Shown here one piece after another: positions 11,201 to 22,492 of a stretch of 64,000 nucleotides of DNA. Source of the DNA: Guillardia theta CCMP2712 (lineage: Eukaryota; Protista; Cryptophyta); NCBI RefSeq assembly GCF_000315625.1, contig NW_005434661.1:601548-665547 (forward strand). The letters are read 5' to 3'. Numbering within the stretch: the first letter of the stretch is position 1; each line of letters starts with the position of its first letter. Position numbers and translations under genes: made by a program. The notes beneath the pieces are model-generated. The model saw only the letters and a list, made by a program, of their open reading frames with translations. It was not told the DNA's origin and made no database searches.

Positions 11201-14200
11201 AGAGGAGGTAAAGCATGAGAGGAGGTAAAACATGAGAGGAGGTAAAACATGAGAGGAGGTCAAGAAAGGAAAACAAGTTCAAAGAAGGGAAGCAGTGCAA
11301 GGGAAATGCCCAAGTCTCTGACCTCCTGCAGCAGCGATTCCTCTTCGTACTTCCCTCCAACAACGATCTCATCATCAGCCTTCTGGTCCCCTAAACCATC
11401 CTGTCACCCGCACAGCATCCTCCCTCCTCCTCTCCTCTCCACCGTGCCAACAAGCATGTAGATCCTTCATGTCCTGCCGGGCTCCTCTCAGCCCGTCATC
11501 CCACTCTCCGTCCTCCTCCTTCCCCGCGATGGCAACGCTGTCGATCAGGTTGGCGAGCAAGCTCGGGTGGTTGCAGAACTGTCTCACTCCCTTTAGCTGC
11601 TCCTGCCATCCCTCCCTCCTCCACGTACCTGCCGCAGGCGCAGGAGGAGGACAAAAATCTTGGAGAAGATAAAGTTCTGCTCCTTCCCGCCCTCCCCTTG
11701 CAGCGTCCGAGACCTCAAGATCATTGACCCCCTCATGTGCAGAGCTTGATAGATCGTCTGGTCAGCACGACGACGGTCAGCCTGCTCGTTGCTCCTTCCT
11801 CCTCAACCCCTTTCCCTTCCTCCTCTTGCGCCTTTCCCCCAACTGCAACACCCCATTTCCTCCTCGTCCTCTCCACCACAACCACCTCCTTCCACTCCCC
11901 TCCTCCTCCTCCTCCTCCTCACCTTTTCTCTCTCTGACAAGACGATCTCTCGCATCTCCACGATCTTGGGAGGCAGCATGATGATCGGCACCCCGTGCAG
12001 CTTCTGGTCTTTGGTCCTCCTCAGGCAGAAGATACGAAGCAGCTTGCGGATGCGAACCTGTAAGGAATCGAGAGTTTAGAGACCTTATTGCTCCTTCATT
12101 CTCCTTCCTCCCTCCCTCATCCTCCCTCGCTCATCCTTCCTCCCCGCTCCCGTTTCCGTCCTTGCTCGGGTATCCCCTTTCTCCCCTTCCTCCTCTTCTT
12201 CCTGTTCCTTCTCTTCCTAATCCCTTTCCATTCCTCTCACTCCACTTTTCCTCAACCCTCGTCCTCTTTCCATTCCCCCACTCACCAGGCTCGTGGGGTT
12301 CCTCTGTCGGAGAGGGAGGAGAATGAGGCGCTGGAAGTAGTCGTAGGTATCGAGAGGATGGAGGCGGAGGAAGGAAAACAGCGGGAAGATATCTTCAAGC
12401 TTGTTCTGGATCGGAGTACCAGTGATCGCCCACCTGTGTGTTCCATCCAACTCCACCACCGCCTACCACCCCTCTTCAGATCCTGGCGACCACCCCTCTT
12501 GCACCCTCACCATGCTCTGCAACGTCTTCCGGTTGGAGATTAGGTGTGCCTCGTCCAGGACGATGCGCGACCACTTGACGCAGTGGAGAAGAGACGCTGC
12601 TTCCTCTGCGCTCCTCTTCGTCTGAACGAGCCATGAGATTCTCGTGCCAGAGACGAGGAAAGGGAGGGACCAGGAGGAAGACAGCAGGGGGAACAGCAGA
12701 GGAAACAGGAAAGGAGGGGGATCAGCAGGAGGGTCAGGAGGGAGTGGGGCGAGATCAGAAGGAACAGACCTCAGGGATGAATTCTGAGGAGAGGACGCTG
12801 TAGGTGGTGAGCACAATGTCATAGAGCATGAGGACGGCAGGATTCTTGGTCCTTCCTCCTCCATGGTACACGTAGACACGAAGTGACCCGTCGGTGTGCT
12901 CCTGGATCTGCTCGCACCAGGTCTGGAGGACGGAGAGCGGGGAGACGATGAGCGTCGGGCCCGTCATGTTCTGGGAACAAAGCTTTCCTTCCTCTATCAA
13001 GCTCCTCCTCTCCATTACCCCATGCATGATCAGCGAGATTGTAGTTAGCGTCTTGCCCAACCTGCAGGCAAGAGCGTCAACGGCCTGCCTCGCCTCCCCC
13101 TCATCCACAACTCCTTCCCTCCCTCCTCCCTCCTCCCTCCTCCCTCCCTGCTCTTCCAACAAAACAAAACTTCCTTTCTCTTGCGCACTCTCTCGCCATT
13201 TTCTCCACATCTCCTCCTGTCCTCCCTACCACCACCACCCCCTCCTCCTCCTCCTCCTCCTCCTCTTCCTCTTCCTCCTCCCAATCACCCCATGTCGTCT
13301 GCCAGCAGTCCTCCTCGGGCTCCCTCCGGCTCCTCCGCGCTGAACTTGCGGGTGACGGAGTTGTACCACCCTCGGACTCCCGTCTTCTTGTTCTTGTAAG
13401 GCTCCCAGAACAGAGCTCGTCCCTGCTCCTCCCGCTCTCGCATCCAGAAGAGCGCCTGTAAGGAGAGTGAGGATGGCGAAAGGAGGTGTCCACGGGAGGG
13501 ATGCAGGGGCGGGAGAGGCGAAAGGAGGAGGCGGGAGGGGGAGGGGGGGAGGGGAGGAGGAGGGCGGATCCTAGAGGGGTAGCGATTGATGAGCTGGAGA
13601 GAACAGGATGGGACAAGGAGAGCAGGAGGGAAGAAGTGGAGCAGACGACAGCAAACACCAACACCAACTTTTCTCTGATGTCGCAAGAGTTTGGTCTTCA
13701 CGCAGGGAGGAGCTTCTTCTTCTGGCATGGCATCATGCTCGACCTGGACGATGAGGCACAAGTCAGATGGACATCGAGAAGGGACGGGGAAGGGGGGAGG
13801 GGAGTGAGAGAGGAGAGACAGAGAGGGCGGCTGGCGGGGGAGAGTGGGAGAGAAGGGGGACAGAGAAGACATATTGAGGACCAGAGACTGGGAGTGGCAA
13901 GAAACGGGTGGGAGGTGGGGTGTGGAAGGATGCTGTAGGGAGGGAGGATGAAGATGGGAGGCTCGTCGGAGGCGGAGCAAGGACGGGGAGGAAGGGGGTG
14001 AAGGAGGGCAACAGGAAGGACTGACTTCTCCGTCAAACAAGTCATCGAAATTCGAGTGCATCCGGAACTCGATTCCACCGTCCATTTGCAACACTTCCTC
14101 CAAGTCCCTCTCATCCTTCTCCCTCCGGTATTGCTGAGAACCAGGATCAGCACCTGGCAAGCTCAGCAAGCGCAACAAGTCTCACCACGGCGCTGGGGTC

Positions 14201-15502
14201 TCTTGACAGGTAGTAATCCTTCTCTAGGCGGATCTCAAGGTCTTCAGAGACCAGGCTCTTGAGAACGGCCGCTTCCACCTGCTCTGATTGTCAGCCAGCG
14301 GCCAGGACCGCCAACTATGCTAGTAAGGCAAACAAGAATGGAGAAAATGGAGAAAGAATGGTGAAAGAATGGAGAGGTAGCAACAACATCACGAACGCTT
14401 TGCTCACTGATTCTGGCCCTTGCAACCAAGCATCAACCACATACTCGCGCTTCTTCTTCCCGTCGTTCATCTCTGTCAGCAAGCACCGGATGCTACCAGG
14501 AGGGATGTTCTCCCGCATGAACGGGATCAGCCGCTTCGCCTCCTTCCTGACGACCTGCGCGATCGACATGCCGCTGACCACCACATGAAGTACGTTGCCG
14601 TCGATGAGTAGCTCGCAGCTGTTGCCCAGCAGACTCTGAGGGAGCTCTAGAACCTCTTGAGAGCTTGCCATGTGCAACCTCAGCCAACAGATGTAGTCGT
14701 CTAGCGAGGAAGACAGTGCGTTCCCCTCCTGCATGGACGACTTGACCAGCGAAGGATTGTAGTGCAGCAAGTCATCGACGGACGTCGAGTTGTGCTTCGA
14801 GACAGGATACAGCTGCTCGCTGTGCTTCGGTTTGACCTGTGCCTCCAACTTCTCTTGCCACCTCACCTTCTTCGCTGCGCCCTCCTCCCTGCACCCCTCC
14901 CCCCCGTGCCCCTCGTCCCCACTGGATGATCGCTTGCCTCCCAACTGCTTCTGCAGGAATCTCTCCATCTCACCCTCGTAGTCTCTCTCTATCTTGGGCT
15001 CGGCTTTCACCTCTGCCTGCTTGTCGTTGGGCGCGTACTGATCCAACCACCTATCCAACTCCGCTTCTGACCCGCTAACCTCTCTGTTCTCCATGAGGGC
15101 CCGGGCAACCTTGTCCCTCCTAGACTGGATGATCGTCCTGAGCTGCGAGACATGATTGATAGGCACCAGGGTCTCGTTCGATGTGCAGAACCTCCTCCTC
15201 AGCTTCTCAACCTCTTCGCTCTGGAACAGCTCGTATCCCCCCTCGTTCTCCAACAAGGCATGGAAGCTCGGGCCCTTGGGGAGCCTCGTGGGGTTACGGA
15301 ACACCATCCTCCCTTGCACAGCAGCGTCTCCTCCTCTCAGCATGAGGCAAGGTGTCCTCCTCGCCTCCTCCTGGAGCCCCGGGGCTGGACCTGCATGGCA
15401 TAGAAGCCCGACCAGACATAGAATGCGAGCGGAAGGCGCGAGGACAGATCTCCTGGCGATCAACGTGCCTGCAGCACGTGGCACGGGTCTAGCCATAACC
15501 AT
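8228..15502 (-). CDS. SNF2-family DNA translocase, RAD5/RAD16/TTF2-like, with an N-terminal signal-like leader (multi-exon; one 3' exon probably in the N gap)
   Basis: Spliced motifs: RGGLLADDMG|LGKTLTTISLI, TLIVSPLSVLQTW, YDIVLTTYSVL, WSRIVLDEAH, RWAITGTPIQNKLEDIF, CLRRTKDQK, LRQFCNHPSLL, IIFSQF, RLDGTMS, LKSGGMGLNL, QAMDRVHRVGQKR. Exon 1 (15502-~14408) can be joined in frame via VEAAVLKSLV... and QYRREKDERD... Confidence 0.85.
8351..8450. other. Assembly gap (100 N)
   Basis: Run of n, flanked by simple repeats. Confidence 1.
8453..8695. repeat. (CAT)n/(ATC)n degenerate microsatellite, intronic
   Basis: Tandem catcatcat run. Confidence 0.9.
11166..11260. repeat. 17-bp minisatellite (gagaggaggtaaaacat) x ~5.5, intronic in the SNF2 gene
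   Basis: Direct tandem copies are visible; one copy has the variant aagcat. Confidence 0.9.
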
Positions 15503-15756
15503 GTGTCGCTCGATAGTCTCCCTGCTTCACGCATGCCCGCTGGTCCATCGGCGCCATGCCATCTCGTGCCGCCGCCATCGCTAGCGCATGGCAGTCGGGT
15601 GGGTCCAAGAAGGATACGAGTCCGCCTCATGAATAATTTGAAGGCAGAAACACACATTTAGAAACGATTATTAGGGTAATTATTGAAGGAAGCGTGGGGG
15701 TTGTTTGTTGCTCTTGGTAGTTACGGGGGACGGCAAAGAGACACGGAAAGAAGAGA

Positions 15757-15862
15757 GGGGAGAGGAGGGGAGGGGAGAGAGAAGAGAGAGGAGAGGAGAG
15801 GAGAGGAGAGAGGAGAGGAGAGGAGAGGAGAGAGGAGAGAGGAGAGGAGAGAGGAGAGGAGG
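15757..15862. repeat. (GAGAG)n purine pentamer repeat, intergenic
   Basis: Tandem gagag/gaggagag. Confidence 0.85.
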
Positions 15863-15976
15863 AAAGTGGACGAGGAGAAGTACGGTACGATTGTTGTAAG
15901 AGGACAGAGTAAACGAGGGAAGAAGATCGCAGGCAAGGGAGAAGATGGAGGGAGAGGCTAGGTTGAGAGAACAGTG

Positions 15977-18463
15977 ATGGTAGCACATAAGGATAAGACG
16001 GCGATCCACCGTGGAAGTGGAGAGCGTCAGGGGGCGATGGGTCGCATGAAGCACAATGGTGGCTCCTTGAATGAAAGGCAAGATTTGGAAGGCTCGAAGC
16101 ATGGGGGAATTGGCGGCCAACCAGAGGGCTTGCAAGTCGACATCAAGGTTGAAGATGGGCGCAAGGCAAGGAAGCACAAGAGGGGCTACTCTCCCTCCCC
16201 CAGCGTGAAGAAGATGAAGACAGGAGAGCAGGAGGAAGAGGAGGCTGCAGATCCGATCCTGGACAAACTCGGCAGGAAGCTGTACACCAACCTGATCGCA
16301 GAGATGCGAGTGAAGGAGGAGGAGCTAGAGGGATCACTAGCAAGGGAGGCTGACCTCCACTACAAGCTCTCCGTGAGCACGCGGGAGCTGAAGACGTACA
16401 GGAACATGGCCGACGAGCTGTCGGAGGCCATGGAGTGCAGCATCTGCCTCGAGCGACCGGCCCGGTTCGCGTTCAACCCGTGCGGGCATTGCTTCTGCTG
16501 CCATGAGAGCTGTGGGTCGTTCCAGGTGCGGAAGTGCCCGGAGTGCAGGGTAACAAAGAAGGGAAAGCTACACCTCTACGGAGTCTTCACCGCCATCTCC
16601 TCTGTCCTCGAACGGTTCACCTCGCTACGGGAGTCTGAGGGGACGGCTGAGGAGGAGGGGGAGCCGAAAAAATCGCACGATGCGGTGCGGGTGCGGGTCG
16701 TGGAGTCGGAGATGGAGTCGCTGAGATACGAGCTGGGCGCGTACAAGGAGGAGGCAGGCAGGCTGCATGCAGAGTTGACGCAGGCGGAGGAGCAGGTGCA
16801 GAGCTTGATGCTCCAGCTGGAGCAGAGCAGGTGGGCTGAAGATGACGTGAGGCAGCAGCTGGAGGCAGTGAAGGAGGAGAAGACTTGGTGCGAGAAGGAG
16901 ATGAAGGAAACGAGAAAGACTTTCAATGAGGCGAAGAAGGAGATGGAGGCGGTTGCGAAGCAGGTGGAGATGTGGCGCAAGGAGCACCTGGAGAAGTTTG
17001 AAGAGTGGGAGGTGGAGAGGAGGGAGAGAGAGAAAGCGGACGAGGAGAGGGCAAAGCGGGAAGAGGAGAGGAGGAAGGGGGAGGAAGAGGAAAGGAAGAA
17101 GGAAGAGCAAGAGAGGAAGAAGAAAGAGGAGGAGAGGGAGAAGGAAGAGCAAGAGAGGAAGAAGAAAGAGGAGGAGAGGAAGAAGGAGCAGGTGGAGCTG
17201 ATGAAGGATGTCAAGGGTGAAGTGGACTTGATGAGGGAGGAGCTCAGGCAATGCCATGACGACCTGCAGTCGGAGCTACAGGCGCTGACTCTCAATGACA
17301 CGATCAAGCAAAAATGCGTCAAGTGGCTGAGGGACGAACTGACTACGGCCAACAAGGAGAGGGACGAGGCATGCAAGGAGCTCTCGGAGCGAGTGGAGGC
17401 GGAGAAAAGGTTCAGAGCGCTCCTGGAGGTTGCTTGCAAGGCGGCTGAGAGGGACAGGGAGCGGGTCAAGGAGCTGGAGCACGCGCAAGAGGCGATCATC
17501 ATGTGCATGCAAGACATGGAGAATCGTGTGGAAGGGCTGAAAGTGGTGGGCCTTTGTCTCCCTCCTCCTCTTCTCCTCTTGTTCCTCCTCATCCACCACC
17601 ACCACTTCCTCCTCCTCTTAAATGCCATCCTCTGTCCCTGATATTCTTTTCACCTGCTCCCTCCTGTCCCTTGGCATACTTCTGCCAATCTTCCGCCGCT
17701 GATTTTTCAGCCTCCAACTCTCTATTCGCTTCCTGGCTACCTCGCTGAAATGTACTTGTCTCCCGCAGGTCATCAACGACCTGGACCTCTTCCTCCCTCA
17801 CTACCGCGAAGAGAGCAACAGGAAAGATGCTGCTGCTTCTACCTCCAGCGCTCGAAGGAGAGGAGACAGCTGCATCATCTTCCGCAGCATGGACCCTCGG
17901 CTGCAGATCGGCAGCTCGCAGCAGAGGGCGCGGCGGATAGACCTGAGCACCTACAGGAGCAGGATGACTTCAGCTTTCAGTGCTCAGAAAGCCGATATCC
18001 CTCCTGTCCTCCCACATACTACGTGAAGGAGGGGGAGGGGCAGGGGGAGAGGAGGGGCAGGAGCGCTTGGACATGGGGGGTGAGTGAGAAGGAGGTGTTC
18101 GGGGAAGGCGGGGAGGAGCAGGGGGAGGAGAGGAGAGGGATGTCTTGTGTTTTACAGGAATGCTCGCATGCAGTTGTCTTTATATGTCTGTCTATTGTTT
18201 TATTATATCATCATTCAACTTACACTCCTTCCTCCGTCCTCGTCCTCTTCATTCCCGTCTTTTGTTTCATCCTCCTCGTCGCCTTCCATTCCAGACCCCC
18301 ACCTCCCTCACATCAACCATCCTCCCTCCCTCCCTTGCTCTGTTTACTTCACCATGACAAACAGCATTTCACGCTCCTGAATCACTTCCAGAGAGGGCAA
18401 TCTTCCATCTTCTCTGTTTTCATGCCCTGCCCATCATCTCCTCAGGGTGCGGCTGCTCACTGA
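15977..18463 (+). CDS. RING-finger (C3HC4) long coiled-coil protein (multi-exon; start and end approximate)
   Basis: CSICLERPARFAFNPCGHCFCCHESCGSFQVRKCPECR followed by an E/K/R-rich heptad region in a 555-aa ORF. Further exons lie at ~17769-18021 and ~18366-18463. Confidence 0.75.
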
Positions 18464-18712
18464 CAGCTCGCAGACATGAGCTCTATGAACTTTTGCTGAT
18501 AATTCTTCTAGCTTGCTCCTCCTCTAGGCGACTCCATCTCTGCGATCATCGTCATCATCATCACCGACAACATTGTCTGCGTCCTGTCCATCCTATCCAT
18601 CCGCATCATTACGATCATTGTCGTCGTCATCATCATGGTCTCAATCATGATCATCATCACAGGCTCAGTTATCATCATCTGTGTCTCAATCCTCATATCC
18701 ATCATCATCAAC

Positions 18713-21672
18713 TCAATCACCATCATCATCCACAAGAAGTCCTTCTCTCACCATCAAGACAGAAATCGACTCCTCCTTCAGCATCTCATCGCTGTCAAGG
18801 TCGATGACATGTTCTGCGTGCTCGACTGCAGATCGGATCTCCTCTCCTTCCAACTTGCCCTGGCTGCAGATAACCAGGTCGAACGCTGAGCACGCCACGT
18901 CGCAGAGATCGATGCTCTCGACGCAGGGGAGTTGCTGCGGTGATCCCGACGGGCTCAGGAACGATATGGGAGCAGAGACAAACCCCAAGGGCATCAAGAT
19001 CAGAGCGGCAGCCGCTGCCCTGACTTCCTTCTCCTCTCCGAGCAAGAGAACTTTGAGAGGTTGGGAGGAACTTCTCCTCTGATCGATCACCTTCAAGTCC
19101 AAGAGAGATGTACGAGTGTGAGTTGATCCTTGCTCCCTCCCTCCTCCAGCTCACCTCCTCGTCGAACATCCCCCTCAGGATCCTCCCGACGCTCTGGTGA
19201 CAGGCTGAGATAGACATGCGTCACGACCCAGCAGCACACCTGGGACTTGTACTCGTCGGCATGCAGGTAGAGCTCTCCCCCGCTGCTCATCAGCACTGTG
19301 AAGAAGTTCGCATGCTCCCCCTTGACACAGGCCGGGGTCAAGGCCGAAACATGGTCACTTGCCTTTTTCCACGTCACATCCTCGCTGGTCCATCCCCCCA
19401 TCCCCTGACTCGGTAGCCTCAGCATCTGTTCGAAGGAGGAAACATTTTTCGCCCCGTCCTCTACCCGGAAGACCCCGTCAAGGCCGGCTTCTGTGAAGGC
19501 CCTCCGGACCATTGCTCGTAGCCTCTCGCTCCTCTCACCCTCGGGGATGATACAGAAAGTCCTCGGAGCAATTAGCCGCTGCTGCACCCTCCTCGAGAAA
19601 AGCGACGAGGCCGTCAGTGGTCGACTCTCCCCGTGATCTCCACCTCCTGCACCTCCTCCACCTCCTGTAGCTCCTTCAGATCCTTCAGCTCCTCCATGCG
19701 CCTGTCGGGTGGGTGTGAAGACTGAGTTGTACAGTCTTGACAACTCGCTCGTCCCATCTCCATTGCAGACAACACTCGCACACGTCCGTTCTGTCGCCCT
19801 GAAACTTCTCAGCCCCTCCTGCACCTCCACGACTTGATCGGCCGACGACGAGGTGACGGTCAGTCTGATCACGTCGACCAAACCCTCAAAGGCGTTCGCC
19901 GCCAACTTCAGCGTCATGTAAATCTCGCCTGTCAAATTGTGTCATCCATACTCACCTTTCAAAACCAACTACATCCCATCCCATCCCATCCCGTTCCCTT
20001 CCCTCCCTTCCTCTCCCCTTCCCTTTCCTTCCCTTCCCCTCCCTTCTTATCCTTCCCTTTCCGATTCCCCTTCCCCTTTCAATCTTGCGCCTCCCTCGCT
20101 CCCACCTGCTGTGTAGAATCGTTCATCGGGGTCTATGGTAGAGGAGATTATGCGAGTATGCCGCTTCGACTTCATGATCTTCTCCTGTACCTCAAACGAG
20201 AAGCTCGTTTCCACCTGCCTCTAGACCGTCAACTCCTGCATTCCCTCCCTCCTGCCCCCCAGCTTCTGCTTCTCCCTTTCTCCTCTTCCCACTTCTCCTC
20301 TCCGCTCCACCCTCCCCTCCCCTCCCCCCCCCCTCTCCCACTATTCTCCATCATTCCTCTACTGGCTGTCGGCTGCTTCCCTCCCTGAAATCTGCTTCCT
20401 CACTCTTCAGAACAGTCACTTTCCTCCAGGAATTCTGCGCCCAACAGCACCCCGAGCATCATCAGCTCCGTGTATTCCTCCTCCGAGCCCCGGAAGTTCC
20501 CTCCCTGTGCGATGCTGCGCACAGTCCAGATGATAGGAAGGCGGGAGAGGCGCCTGGACCAGCACAGAGACATCAGAACATCTTAGAGAAGGAGGAGAGG
20601 AGAGAGGTGAAGTGGCAACAAGAAGAGAGGAAAGAGGAGAAGAAGATTGCAGCAGTCGGAAGGGGAAAGCGAATAGAAGAGAACAGAACAGAAAACAAGA
20701 GTAGAAACTCTGCAAGAAGACTTGTATGGAAGAGGAGGACCTGATCTTGGCGAAACTCCTCTCGATCGCGGCTGCCTCGGTTTCATCCAACAGGTCCACA
20801 CGGAACACTAGAGCATCCCCCCCGCTCTCTACAGCAGCGATCTCACGCCATAGCCCTTCCTCTGACTGCATCGGCAGCTTCTCAAGAGGGACGGTGAAAG
20901 AGCCTGCACTTCAGCATCAGCTCCTGGGGGCTTGCAAGGTTCAGACCTAGAGGGATCGGGCATGCTGGGAAATGGACGAGGCGAACGATCAGGAAGTGGA
21001 GATCTTGAGCTGCCCTCTCCCTTGCAATGCTCGCCATGCTCCTGTCCGTCGTGCTCCAATCTATCAACATGAAGACACGAACCACGGGCGCATCAAGGTC
21101 AAACTCTCTTGCGAAGATAAGAATCCACCGTAATCCATGTTGGTGAAGCGATAAGGGATCTTGTCCCAGCGAACGGCTCGCCCTGCTGACGATCTCAACG
21201 AGCTCCTCTTGTCTTCATGCTGAGCATCTCGATTGATATGAATGACGAGGTGCCCTTCTTCCTGCAGGCCTTCTAGGAGCCGGGTACATTCAGGCTTCTC
21301 CCACTCCGGACATGTACACGCCAAGACCTCACTGCGCTCGCACTCGTCGAACTTGTTCATGAAGTTCCTCAACATCTCGACACTCCTCAACTCTCGGTAG
21401 CTTGCATGCAGTCGGGGAGCAACGAGCTCCCCCAAACATCTCTTCCCTGCATCGCGAGCTCCGATCAGAAAGACATGCTTCTTCTGCCTGTCTGTCCCTT
21501 CCCTTGCTTCTTGCATGATAACGGGTCTGCACATCCTGCAGCAGCCCATGCTCTCCTTCCTGCTCATCGTCATCCCAGGTAAGAAGCCGACGCAAGACGA
21601 CTGCATGGCCAACAAACATGTCGCCATGCGAACCACCATTGGGCCGAGATGCGACCGCACGGATACAGCCAT
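18713..21672 (-). CDS. Plastid-leader-bearing shikimate kinase / type I dehydroquinase / shikimate dehydrogenase-like protein (C-terminal three AROM domains), catalytically degenerate
   Basis: Leader ...TCLLAMQSSCVG-FLPG. SK-like HVFLIGARDAGKRCLG. DHQase-I-like GGDALVFRVDLL, LPIIWTVRSIAQGGNF, LGAEFLEVE, TRIISSTID, VDVIRL and ELSRLYNSVFTP. SDH-like RTFCIIP, GMGGWT and KVLLLGEEKEVRAAAAAL. The domain order matches AROM. Confidence 0.7.
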
Positions 21673-21829
21673 TGCCCGACGACTCTTTCCCTTTATTGAC
21701 TGAAAAAGAAAGGCAAACCGTAGAAAACAAGGGAGGCTGAAAGTAAGTCCAACAAACCCGCCTCAATAAAATACTAGGAAACGAAAAAGGCAGCGAAAGC
21801 CGCTACTCCAACCACGCAAGCGACAGTCT

Positions 21830-22345
21830 CTTTACTCCGACGACCCGCCGCTCGATTGTTCGCAAGCCGGGCCGGGCAGCCCCGGCGGCCGAGCTCATCA
21901 TGTCGACTCGAGTCACCGTCAGATCCGGGACCTATCCGACCGGCGTGCTGACGGAGCACAAGTTTGTTAGACTTGTACTAGTCCAAAAGTCACGCAGATA
22001 TCACATCGACCTCAGTTGTAACAACACAGTTTTTGCTCAAGACCGAGTTTAATGCACACAAAACCAGAATTGAGGAGCACATGAGAGATAGACTGTATGC
22101 TAGGATGTGAAACCCAAGCATCCAGACATGAGAGGACCTTAGCAAGACGGCTAGGAAAGCCCCCTCTTCGTCCCACACGCTACATCGGCCGCCTCGCCAC
22201 GTAAGTCGTCTTGGTTTACAGGAGAGTTTTTGTTAACTCGGCGCTATCTGACTGGCACGGCTGGCATACGTTCCATCACGTGCTCGGAGTCACTACTCAG
22301 TGTTGTGCGGGCCCAGGTTCCGAGTTCAGGTTCAGTTCAGTTAAT
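21830..22345. promoter_or_regulatory. CCGG/GAGTC-rich intergenic island (interrupted by the solo LTR)
   Basis: gccgggccggg, ccccggcggccg, tcgactcgagtcacc, atccggg and gaccggc upstream of the AROM-like gene. Confidence 0.4.
21949..22278 (-). mobile_element. Solo LTR (330 bp) of a copia-type family
   Basis: Near-identical, in reverse complement, to 47492-47825 and 48704-49035. Ends are TGATGGAA...CTCCGTCA. A perfect 5-bp TSD CGTGC lies at 21944-21948 and 22279-22283. Confidence 0.93.
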
Positions 22346-22492
22346 TTACGATTATTATAAAAGAATAGTGAACAAACATTGAACAACATTATTCGAACAC
22401 ATAATTGAAACATAGCCTTCGCATATGATATACCGGGCCACCTCGGGCCACAACCATCCGATGAAGCAGCCGCATGACTCACAGCAGAATGC

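Noticed and set aside
11166-11260. Regularly spaced short repeats as a possible CRISPR array (also 54978-55140)
   Set aside because: They are head-to-tail tandem units with no unique spacers, in eukaryotic introns, with no cas genes.
21990-22178. Three near-identical small ORFs (..DEEGAFLAVLLRSSHVWMLGFH..) at 21990, 47574 and 48810 suggesting a multicopy peptide gene
   Set aside because: All lie inside the LTR copies, lack a shared ATG start and differ by indels upstream; they are incidental frames.
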